Shown one piece after another: positions 56,833 to 64,000 of a stretch of DNA of 64,000 bases. A model generated the notes under the pieces. The model was not told the origin of the DNA and did not search any database. It was given only the letters and a program-made list of their open reading frames with translations. The position numbers and the translations under genes are program-made. Numbering within the stretch: the stretch's first letter is position 1; every line of letters begins with the position of its first letter. The DNA comes from Acidimicrobiia bacterium. Its GTDB lineage: Bacteria; Actinomycetota; Acidimicrobiia; Spongiisociales; ZC4RG35. The DNA lies in the NCBI GenBank assembly GCA_965220995.1, contig OZ244856.1:97407-161406 (forward strand). The letters are read 5' to 3'.

Positions 56833-58046
56833 ACCTGCCCGTCAGCCGCCCCGGCGATCTGGTTTGCGGCGATCGTCCCCAGGGGATCGGCCCGGTGAGG
56901 GTTCCCGGATACGGACCGCCCCAGGTCATTTTTCTGCGAGACGGCGCAATCGGGGAAATCAGTCCCGCCCCCGCCGGCGCGGAGAACTCCAGTGAAGCGC
57001 CCACCCATTTGGCGCTGCCCGCCTTCTCCGAACCGCACCTGCATCCCGACCGCGCCTATGTGGGATCGCCGCGTGCTCCCCGCTCCCTGGAAGACGCTAT
57101 CGAGTTGGGTGTCCGCCCCGAAGGCTACGTGGTGGAGACCGCCGCCCGGCGCGCCCGGCGTCTGTTCACCACCCTCCTGAAGAACGGGGCCACCCGGGCG
57201 AGAGGCCATGTCGGGCATCTTCCCGGCTCCATCGCCCCACCCCGATGGCCGGTCATGAACCAGGTCCGCGCAGAACTGGCCGATCGCATCGAGATTGAAC
57301 TGGTGGCTTTCGCCGTGGAGGGCACCCTGGCCGATCCCGATGAAACCGACCGCCTCCGCCAGGACCTCGCCCAAGGCAGATACCAGTTGGTGGGGGGATC
57401 ACCCAACCACGACAGCCGACCCGAACGGTCGGTGCGGGCGCTTATGAGACTCGGGGCTGAAACGGGAGTAGAGGTGGACGTTCACATTGATGAGACGCTC
57501 GACCCCGCCCGCCTTCTGATGGACTTCGCCCTCGACGAGGTGGAGCGCCACAACCTGGCGGGCAAGGTCTCCTTCAGCCACAGTTGCCTGTTGAGCGCCC
57601 TCCCCGAGCCACAGACCCGCGCTCTGGCCCGGCGCATGGCCGGACTGGGGATCACCGTCAACTGCCAGCCCCGGACCAACTTGATCCTGCACGAATACCG
57701 GGTTCACTCGCCCCGTCGGGCCCTGGCCCCCATCAACCTGCTCCACCAAGAGGGGGTTCACGTGAGGCTGGGGGTCGACAACGTGGACGACACTTTTTGT
57801 CCTTTCCCCACCGCCGACCCGCTGGAGATGGGGTACCTGGCCCGAATGGCCGGACACCTCTATGATGATTCCCTCCTCCTTTCCGCTCTCAGCGACGGCC
57901 GCTCCACCCTCGGGGTCGGGGAGCGGGCCGACATGGTGCTGGTGGAGACGGACACCATCAACAAGGCTCTTGCTCTGCGGCCCTCGCGGGTTACCATGAG
58001 GGCAGGCATAGTGGTAGCCCGTGGCAACAACCGAGAACTCGGATAG
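56829..58046 (+). CDS. Cytosine-deaminase-like amidohydrolase (CodA / creatinine-deaminase family)
   Basis: 'LPAFSEPHLHPD' HxH and 'VDVHIDE' match the CodA family. GTG start overlaps the upstream stop (GTGA). Confidence 0.75.
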   Translation: MNLPVSRPGDLVCGDRPQGIGPVRVPGYGPPQVIFLRDGAIGEISPAPAGAENSSEAPTHLALPAFSEPHLHPDRAYVGSPRAPRSLEDAIELGVRPEGYVVETAARRARRLFTTLLKNGATRARGHVGHLPGSIAPPRWPVMNQVRAELADRIEIELVAFAVEGTLADPDETDRLRQDLAQGRYQLVGGSPNHDSRPERSVRALMRLGAETGVEVDVHIDETLDPARLLMDFALDEVERHNLAGKVSFSHSCLLSALPEPQTRALARRMAGLGITVNCQPRTNLILHEYRVHSPRRALAPINLLHQEGVHVRLGVDNVDDTFCPFPTADPLEMGYLARMAGHLYDDSLLLSALSDGRSTLGVGERADMVLVETDTINKALALRPSRVTMRAGIVVARGNNRELG

Positions 58047-58806
58047 GGGTCCGACTATTTCAACAGGCAATCTCCCAGACTCCACCCTGATCAACTTTGA
58101 CGGGGTGAGCAAAGTGTTCCCCGACGGAACCCATGCCGTGGACAATGTCTCCTTCTCGGTGAAGCCGGGGCAATTTGTAACGGTGGTGGGTCCCTCGGGG
58201 TGCGGAAAGTCCACTCTTCTGAGGATGGGATCAGGTTTGCTGCCCGTTACATCGGGCAACGTGCGTCGGGCCGAGGGCACTTTGGGCTATGTGTTTCAGG
58301 ACGCCACCCTGCTGCCATGGAGGACCGTGCAAAAAAACGTCGAACTGTTCTGCGAACTGCGGAAATTCAATCGGGAGGAACGCCGCCAGAGGGCCAACGA
58401 CGCCATTGAACTGGTGGGCCTGGGAGGGTTCAACGGTCACTATCCCACTGCTTTGTCGGGGGGAATGAAGATGCGGGTCTCCCTGGCCCGCTCCCTCACC
58501 TTGGATCCTCCTCTGTTCTTCTTCGACGAACCGTTCGGCGCCCTGGACGAGATCACCCGCGAATACCTGAACACCGAACTGCTCCGGATATTCGACCATG
58601 AGGGTTTCGGCGCGGTGTTCATAACCCACAATCTGTACGAGGCGGTTTTTCTTTCCACCGAGGTGCTGGTGATGTCCAAGCGACCGGGACGCATCCTGCA
58701 GTCCTTCCAGGTTCCGTTTCCCTATCCTCGCGACCTGGACCTGCGGTTCGACCCGGCATTCGCCGAACTGACCGGTGAGGTTTCCGAAGTGCTGAGAGAT
58801 GAATAG
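58021..58806 (+). CDS. ABC transporter ATP-binding protein (NitT/TauT nitrate/sulfonate/bicarbonate-type family)
   Basis: Walker A 'GPSGCGKST', signature 'LSGGMKMRVSLARSL' and Walker B 'FFFDEP'. Confidence 0.85.
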   Translation: MATTENSDRGPTISTGNLPDSTLINFDGVSKVFPDGTHAVDNVSFSVKPGQFVTVVGPSGCGKSTLLRMGSGLLPVTSGNVRRAEGTLGYVFQDATLLPWRTVQKNVELFCELRKFNREERRQRANDAIELVGLGGFNGHYPTALSGGMKMRVSLARSLTLDPPLFFFDEPFGALDEITREYLNTELLRIFDHEGFGAVFITHNLYEAVFLSTEVLVMSKRPGRILQSFQVPFPYPRDLDLRFDPAFAELTGEVSEVLRDE

Positions 58807-59616
58807 ATGACCGGATCCCAGTCCACGCCATCCCGCCTGCGGTCCTCCCTCAACCGACTTGGAGCGCCCATCCTGGTGCTGATGGCGGTGGTGGGGATTT
58901 GGTACTTCATCAGCCTGGGAATCCTCGATCCCGACCGTCAGTTTCTGCTTCCCGCTCCCAACGAGGTGATCGAGGTGGGCTTTTTGAACCAGGACAATCT
59001 GTTCCAGGTGTTGGAAGGGCTGCTCTGGACGGTGGCGGTCTCCATGTCGGGTCTGATTATCGCCATCGTTTTGGGGATGACCTCGGCCATCATGATGAGC
59101 CAGGCCAAGTGGATCGAGACCTCCTTTTATCCCTATGCGGTGGTGATCCAGACCGTGCCGATCCTGGCAATCGTCCCCCTGGTGGGCTTGTGGCTGGGAT
59201 TCGGGTTCACCAGCCGGGTGGTGGTGTGCGTGATCATTTCCATTTTCCCGATCATCACCAACACCCTGTTCGGCCTCCAGTCGGTGCCCGCCTCGTTCCA
59301 TGATCTGTTCACGCTGCACCGGGCCAACCGTTGGACCCGCCTGGTGAAGCTGCAGTTCCCCAATGCCCTGCCGGCCATCTTCACCGGGTTCCGAATCTCC
59401 GCCGGGCTGTCGGTGATCGGGGCCATCGTGGGCGAGTTCTTCTTCCGTAAGGGAATACCCGGCCTGGGACGGCTTCTCGATTTGTACCGGGCAAGGTTGC
59501 TCACCGAACAACTTTTCACCGCCCTGGTATTTTCCTCCCTGCTCGGCATCCTGGTCTTTTGGGGATTCGGGTTGTTGGGCAGGCTGGCGGTGGGCAAGTG
59601 GCACGAAACCACCTGA
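58807..59616 (+). CDS. ABC transporter permease (NitT/TauT family)
   Basis: Six-TM BPD-transporter fold with an EAA-like loop. Starts immediately after the ATPase gene. Confidence 0.85.
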   Translation: MTGSQSTPSRLRSSLNRLGAPILVLMAVVGIWYFISLGILDPDRQFLLPAPNEVIEVGFLNQDNLFQVLEGLLWTVAVSMSGLIIAIVLGMTSAIMMSQAKWIETSFYPYAVVIQTVPILAIVPLVGLWLGFGFTSRVVVCVIISIFPIITNTLFGLQSVPASFHDLFTLHRANRWTRLVKLQFPNALPAIFTGFRISAGLSVIGAIVGEFFFRKGIPGLGRLLDLYRARLLTEQLFTALVFSSLLGILVFWGFGLLGRLAVGKWHETT

Positions 59617-59668
59617 ATGCGTGGCCAGGCCCGATCGTCATATGAAAACCATTCAAACAACACGCTAA

Positions 59669-61936
59669 ATGAAAGGAGAATCTTCCATGAAACGCACTAA
59701 GAGGGCGACCAGGTGGCTGGCTGTCCTGGCTGTTCTTGCCCTGGTGGTGGCGGCCTGCGGAGACGACGAGGAGGCTGCCGATCCCGTGACCACGGCCGCG
59801 CCCACAACCACGGCCGCGCCCACAACCACGGCGGCGCCCACCGAGCCGGAAATGCCCGATGTGGCTTTGGCGGATGTGTGTCCGTCGACGATCGTGGTGC
59901 AGACCGACTGGTTCCCCGAGGCCGAGCACTCGGAGCTTTACCACTTGGCTGGTCAGGGCGGTGAGATCGACAGCACCAACGGAACCTACACCAACGAGAT
60001 CGGTGACACCGGAGTGATGCTGCAGGTTCGGGCCGGTGGCCCTTACATCGGCTTCCAAAACGACATCTCGCTGCTCTACCAGGATGAATCGATCCACTTG
60101 GCGTACACCAACACCGACGAGCAGGTGCGACTGTCGGCCTCCCAACCCACCATCGGGATCGTCGCTCCCCGCGACAAGAACCCCCAGATCGTGATGTGGG
60201 ACCCGGCTGTCTATTCCTTCGACAGCTTCGCCGACATCGGCGCCTCGGGCGCCACGTTGCTCTACTTCGAGGGCGCCACCTACATTGACTATCTGTTGGG
60301 CAAGGGCTGGGTCACCGAGGACCAGGTCGACGCCTCCTATGACGGGTCACCGGCCCGGTTCATAGCCGAAGGCAACCTGGTCCAGCAGGGATTCGCCTCC
60401 GCCGAGCCCTATCAGTATCAGAACGAGTTCGAGGACTGGGGCAAACCGGTCGATTTCATGCTGATCCACGACTCCGGCTTGGAGATGTATCCGCAGTTGT
60501 TGGCCACCAAGCCCGACATTGTCGAGGAATACCGCGAGTGCTGGGAACTGTTCGTGCCCATGGTGCAGCAGGCCCAGGTGGACTACGCGGCTGACCCGGC
60601 TGCCACCAACGCCCAGATCGTGGAGATCGTGGAGGCGTTGGACAGCTTCTGGACCTACGGCCCGGGAGTGGCACAGTACTCACACGACGCCCAGTTGGAG
60701 TTGGGACTGATCAGCAACGGACCCAACGACACCATCGGCGACTTCGACCTGGGTCGGGTCAACGAGGTGATCGCTCTACTGGCCGACATCTACGGACCCC
60801 AAGAACTTGAAACCTGGGATCCCAACGTGACCGCCGCCGACATCGTCACCAACGAATTCATCGACCCCAGCATCGGACTGCCCGATATGGACATGGCGGA
60901 AATGCCCGATGTGGCTTTGGCGGATGTGTGTCCGTCGACGATCGTGGTGCAGACCGACTGGTTCCCCGAGGCCGAGCACTCGGAGCTTTACCACTTGGCT
61001 GGTCAGGGCGGTGAGATCGACAGCACCAACGGAACCTACACCAACGAGATCGGTGACACCGGAGTGATGCTGCAGGTTCGGGCCGGTGGCCCTTACATCG
61101 GCTTCCAAAACGACATCTCGCTGCTCTACCAGGATGAATCGATCCACTTGGCGTACACCAACACCGACGAGCAGGTGCGACTGTCGGCCTCCCAACCCAC
61201 CATCGGGATCGTCGCTCCCCGCGACAAGAACCCCCAGATCGTGATGTGGGACCCGGCTGTCTATTCCTTCGACAGCTTCGCCGACATCGGCGCCTCGGGC
61301 GCCACGTTGCTCTACTTCGAGGGCGCCACCTACATTGACTATCTGTTGGGCAAGGGCTGGGTCACCGAGGACCAGGTCGACGCCTCCTATGACGGGTCAC
61401 CGGCCCGGTTCATAGCCGAAGGCAACCTGGTCCAGCAGGGATTCGCCTCCGCCGAGCCCTATCAGTATCAGAACGAGTTCGAGGACTGGGGCAAACCGGT
61501 CGATTTCATGCTGATCCACGACTCCGGCTTGGAGATGTATCCGCAGTTGTTGGCCACCAAGCCCGACATTGTCGAGGAATACCGCGAGTGCTGGGAACTG
61601 TTCGTGCCCATGGTGCAGCAGGCCCAGGTGGACTACGCGGCTGACCCGGCTGCCACCAACGCCCAGATCGTGGAGATCGTGGAGGCGTTGGACAGCTTCT
61701 GGACCTACGGCCCGGGAGTGGCACAGTACTCACACGACGCCCAGTTGGAGTTGGGACTGATCAGCAACGGACCCAACGACACCATCGGCGACTTCGACCT
61801 GGGTCGGGTCAACGAGGTGATCGCTCTACTGGCCGACATCTACGGACCCCAAGAACTTGAAACCTGGGATCCCAACGTGACCGCCGCCGACATCGTCACC
61901 AACGAATTCATCGACCCCAGCATCGGACTACCGTAA
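59669..61936 (+). CDS. Tandem-duplicated NMT1/THI5-like (SsuA-type) ABC substrate-binding lipoprotein
   Basis: Signal peptide plus lipobox (LVVAACGDDEE), a TTAAPTT linker, then two identical roughly 350-aa SBP modules (EMPDVALADVCPSTIVVQTDWFPEAEHSELYHLAGQGG...). Confidence 0.8.
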   Translation: MKGESSMKRTKRATRWLAVLAVLALVVAACGDDEEAADPVTTAAPTTTAAPTTTAAPTEPEMPDVALADVCPSTIVVQTDWFPEAEHSELYHLAGQGGEIDSTNGTYTNEIGDTGVMLQVRAGGPYIGFQNDISLLYQDESIHLAYTNTDEQVRLSASQPTIGIVAPRDKNPQIVMWDPAVYSFDSFADIGASGATLLYFEGATYIDYLLGKGWVTEDQVDASYDGSPARFIAEGNLVQQGFASAEPYQYQNEFEDWGKPVDFMLIHDSGLEMYPQLLATKPDIVEEYRECWELFVPMVQQAQVDYAADPAATNAQIVEIVEALDSFWTYGPGVAQYSHDAQLELGLISNGPNDTIGDFDLGRVNEVIALLADIYGPQELETWDPNVTAADIVTNEFIDPSIGLPDMDMAEMPDVALADVCPSTIVVQTDWFPEAEHSELYHLAGQGGEIDSTNGTYTNEIGDTGVMLQVRAGGPYIGFQNDISLLYQDESIHLAYTNTDEQVRLSASQPTIGIVAPRDKNPQIVMWDPAVYSFDSFADIGASGATLLYFEGATYIDYLLGKGWVTEDQVDASYDGSPARFIAEGNLVQQGFASAEPYQYQNEFEDWGKPVDFMLIHDSGLEMYPQLLATKPDIVEEYRECWELFVPMVQQAQVDYAADPAATNAQIVEIVEALDSFWTYGPGVAQYSHDAQLELGLISNGPNDTIGDFDLGRVNEVIALLADIYGPQELETWDPNVTAADIVTNEFIDPSIGLP
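59849..61930 (+). repeat. Perfect head-to-tail tandem duplication (period 1050 bp, about 1032 bp identical, 2 copies) within the SBP gene
   Basis: 59849-60880 is identical to 60899-61930 by direct inspection. The ORF track also lists identical internal ORFs at 60456/61506 and 60519/61569. Confidence 0.85.
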
Positions 61937-61965
61937 GCCGGCGCCGAAGAACCTATCACAGAAGA

Positions 61966-61995
61966 AAGGGGGCCCCACGGGGCCCCCTTTCTCTT
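61966..61995 (+). terminator. Rho-independent terminator (GGGGGCCCC-acg-GGGGCCCCC followed by a T-tract)
   Basis: GC stem followed by TTTCTCTTT, directly downstream of the SBP stop codon. Confidence 0.6.
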
Positions 61996-62262
61996 TGGAT
62001 CCAGCCCATCACCCACCGTTTTCAGAGCCACCAAGCCGCGAAACTTAGCTACTAACCCGCGAAAATCACCCTGCTCTCCTCACCCGTTGGGCCCCGGCCC
62101 CCGCCACCACCTATCCAGAGGATCGGACGCGGTCTGCCAGACGCTGGGAAGCCCGCGTCCGATAATAAATATGACCTCGCCGCTTGAAAGCAGCGTCCTG
62201 CACGGTCGGAACGACGTCGGAACAGACCAGGAGGTGTTTTTGACTATGCCAATATGCACCAT

Positions 62263-62300
62263 CCCTGAGGCCAAGTCAACTCTCAGGCCCCCTCTTTTTT
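62263..62300 (+). terminator. Orphan terminator-like hairpin (CCTGAGG..CCTCAGG plus CCCCCTCTTTTTT) with no credible upstream + strand CDS
   Basis: The hairpin plus U-tract is on the + strand inside the 3' intergenic region of convergent genes. It may end a small RNA starting around 62000-62250. Confidence 0.3.
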
Positions 62301-62333
62301 CGCGACAATTCGGCCGGTCGCGAACCGCCGGGT

Positions 62334-63113
62334 TTATGTGGCCCTTGAATCCCGCCAGGCCACCCACTTCTCCAGTGCCGACAGGTCAAAGTCGGGTCCG
62401 ACGGTGCTCGCCAGCAGGAACGTGATGCCTGCGGCGAGATAGTCGTCTCCCATCGAAACCGGCCCCGTTTCCACGTTGCATGACCGTTCGATCATGGCCG
62501 GATCGCGGCCCTCCACCTCGCACCATCGGTCGATCACCGCGTTCTTGTGCGCCATGGTCTCCGGAGTTCCGAACCCGTGCCAGATGTCGCCGTGACGGGC
62601 CACCAAACGCAGGGTCTTTTTCTCCCCCATGCCGCCGATCAGAATCGGGATCTTGCGAAGCGGCGGCGGATTGAGTTGCTCCCACCGAGCCTCGATGCGG
62701 GGTAAAGCCTCCGCCAAGTCATCCAAACGGCTGCCGGCGGTTCCGAACGGGTACCCGTAGGAGTCATAGTCGAAACGGAACCATCCCGACCCGATGCCCA
62801 GAATCAGGCGGGCGTCGGAAATGTGATCCACGGTGCGGGCCATGTCCGCCAACAGGTCCGGGTTGCGATAGGAGTTGCAGGTCACCAACGCGCCGATCTC
62901 CACCCGGCTGGTGGATTCTGCCCAGGCGCCCAGCATCGTCCAGCATTCGTAGTGCTTGCCCCGGGCGTCCCCGTACAGCGGAAAGAAGTGGTCCCAGTTG
63001 AACACCGCATCCGCTCCGATTTCCTCCGCTTGGCGGGCCGCATCTCGGATGGCGGAATAGTCGGCGTGCTGGGGCTGCAATTGCAACCCGATTCTGATCG
63101 GAAAGTTGGTCAT
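62334..63113 (-). CDS. LLM-class (luciferase-like) F420-dependent oxidoreductase
   Basis: 'ILGIGSGWFRFDYDSYGYPFG' and the overall TIM-barrel LLM pattern. Length 259 aa. Confidence 0.8.
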   Translation of the reverse strand: MTNFPIRIGLQLQPQHADYSAIRDAARQAEEIGADAVFNWDHFFPLYGDARGKHYECWTMLGAWAESTSRVEIGALVTCNSYRNPDLLADMARTVDHISDARLILGIGSGWFRFDYDSYGYPFGTAGSRLDDLAEALPRIEARWEQLNPPPLRKIPILIGGMGEKKTLRLVARHGDIWHGFGTPETMAHKNAVIDRWCEVEGRDPAMIERSCNVETGPVSMGDDYLAAGITFLLASTVGPDFDLSALEKWVAWRDSRAT

Positions 63114-63176
63114 GTTCTCCTCATTTTGTCATTTTGTTTCGATCTTTCCCCAACCTTATCCGGGCCGACGGGCTGA

Positions 63177-64000
63177 TCAGTTGGAAAAGGTCTCCTCGGG
63201 AGGCAATTCATCAAGAAAGGGCGGATCGGCGCCCGGGCGGGAACAGGTTACGGCGGCGGCAGCCGTGGCGCGTCTCAGGATGGGCGACCAATCGGACGGT
63301 CCCATGTCGGCCAGCCGGACACGACCTTGTTCTTGGCCCATCTTCTGCACCGAGGTCAGAATCGCCGCCACAAAGGAGTCCCCGGCGCCAACCGTGTCGG
63401 CCACCTGCACCCCGACGCCGCCCACCGAGCAAGACCCACGGTCGGTGTAGACGGTTGCACCGGACCCGCCCCGGGTAACAAAGACCACCGATGCTCCAAC
63501 CGACAGTAGCTCCTGCGCACAGGAGTCCTCGGACCGGCCGGGCCAGATCCATGCCAAGTCTTCATCCGACGCCCGATAAATGTGAGCCCGGGCCATCCAG
63601 CGGTGATGAAAGTGGTTCCACCGCGCTCGATCCTTGATCAACCGGGCGCGAACATTGGGATCCACGGACACAATGCCGCGGTGTCTCTCAACCAGCCCGG
63701 CCAGGGTTTCCGCAGTGAGACCCCGAAACATTCCGAGCGTGCCCCCGTGGAGGATGTGCGGGCCTCCGCCCAGCCGACTCAGGTCGGCTCGCGAGAGCAT
63801 CGTGTCAGCCGTGTTTTCCCCCTCGAAGTGAAACCGGAGTTTGGGCCTGTGTTCCACTCTGGCCCTGGCCGTGGGTTCGCTTCCGCGTTGGCAGGCGCGC
63901 AAGTCCACACCATTGGCCTTCAAATAAGACCAGATGGCCTCGCCATGGGCATCCGTGGATACTCTTCCCACAAACGCCGAGGGCGCTCCGAGCCGGGCCG
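63177..64000 (-). CDS. PfkB-family carbohydrate kinase (fructokinase/ribokinase-like), 5'-partial at the window edge
   Basis: C-terminal anion-hole/catalytic motif 'DTVGAGDSF'. The ORF is open to the window end, so the N-terminus lies beyond 64000. Confidence 0.7.
   Translation of the reverse strand, partial: ARLGAPSAFVGRVSTDAHGEAIWSYLKANGVDLRACQRGSEPTARARVEHRPKLRFHFEGENTADTMLSRADLSRLGGGPHILHGGTLGMFRGLTAETLAGLVERHRGIVSVDPNVRARLIKDRARWNHFHHRWMARAHIYRASDEDLAWIWPGRSEDSCAQELLSVGASVVFVTRGGSGATVYTDRGSCSVGGVGVQVADTVGAGDSFVAAILTSVQKMGQEQGRVRLADMGPSDWSPILRRATAAAAVTCSRPGADPPFLDELPPEETFSN

Noticed and set aside
59516-61195. Repeated minus-strand ORFs (209 aa and 139 aa) sharing the identical sequence MGGRQSHLLVGVGVRQVD...
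   Set aside because: Their identity is just a consequence of the 1050-bp tandem duplication read on the antisense strand of the SBP gene.
62300-62335. tRNA-like GGTTCGCGACC element
   Set aside because: It deviates from the T-loop consensus and there is no acceptor, anticodon or D-arm structure around it. It is just a GC hairpin (CGCGAC...GTCGCG).
1-64000. CRISPR arrays, rRNA or tRNA genes
   Set aside because: No short regularly spaced direct repeats with unique spacers were seen and no rRNA-like stretches. The only tandem repeats are the coding 33-nt, 918-bp and 1050-bp repeats and the iteron array.

Overview
This is a high-GC (about 65-70%) bacterial chromosomal window, probably from an F420-using Actinobacteria- or Chloroflexi-like lineage, and it is densely coding. 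Most of it is a catabolic supercluster for N-heterocyclic or ureido compounds in the hydantoin, dihydropyrimidine or creatinine class. The cluster includes a xanthine-dehydrogenase-family molybdoenzyme, an N-carbamoyl-D-amino-acid hydrolase, a beta-ureidopropionase-like CN-hydrolase, several cyclic amidohydrolases (D-hydantoinase/dihydropyrimidinase, an allantoinase/dihydroorotase-like enzyme, cytosine-deaminase-like and TRZ/ATZ-like enzymes), two creatinase-like M24 proteins, isochorismatase-family hydrolases, RidA, an amidase and an orotate-PRTase-like gene. It also carries two ABC uptake systems, and both of their substrate-binding proteins are internally tandem-duplicated; one duplication is a perfect 1050-bp nucleotide repeat. 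Lower-GC inserts interrupt the cluster: an intact ISL3 insertion sequence, a class II Fic gene with palindromic upstream motifs, and a roughly 10-kb island at about 32.2-42.9 kb. The island encodes an AAA_14/DUF4143 ATPase-nuclease translationally coupled to a 1383-aa protein with an N-terminal NACHT NTPase and a putative C-terminal PD-(D/E)xK nuclease. I consider this two-gene module the best candidate for an undescribed NLR-like defense system in the window. The island also holds a small repeat-containing coiled-coil membrane protein and two convergent paralogous SLH-domain surface proteins. Other notable items are a DpaA-like/FNR-like flavoprotein pair coupled to a hydantoinase, a tautomerase / isochorismatase-VOC fusion / enolase-superfamily / opine-dehydrogenase operon, and an AT-rich iteron-like repeat array upstream of an ORC/Arch-ATPase-like gene. 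I found no rRNA, tRNA or CRISPR arrays.
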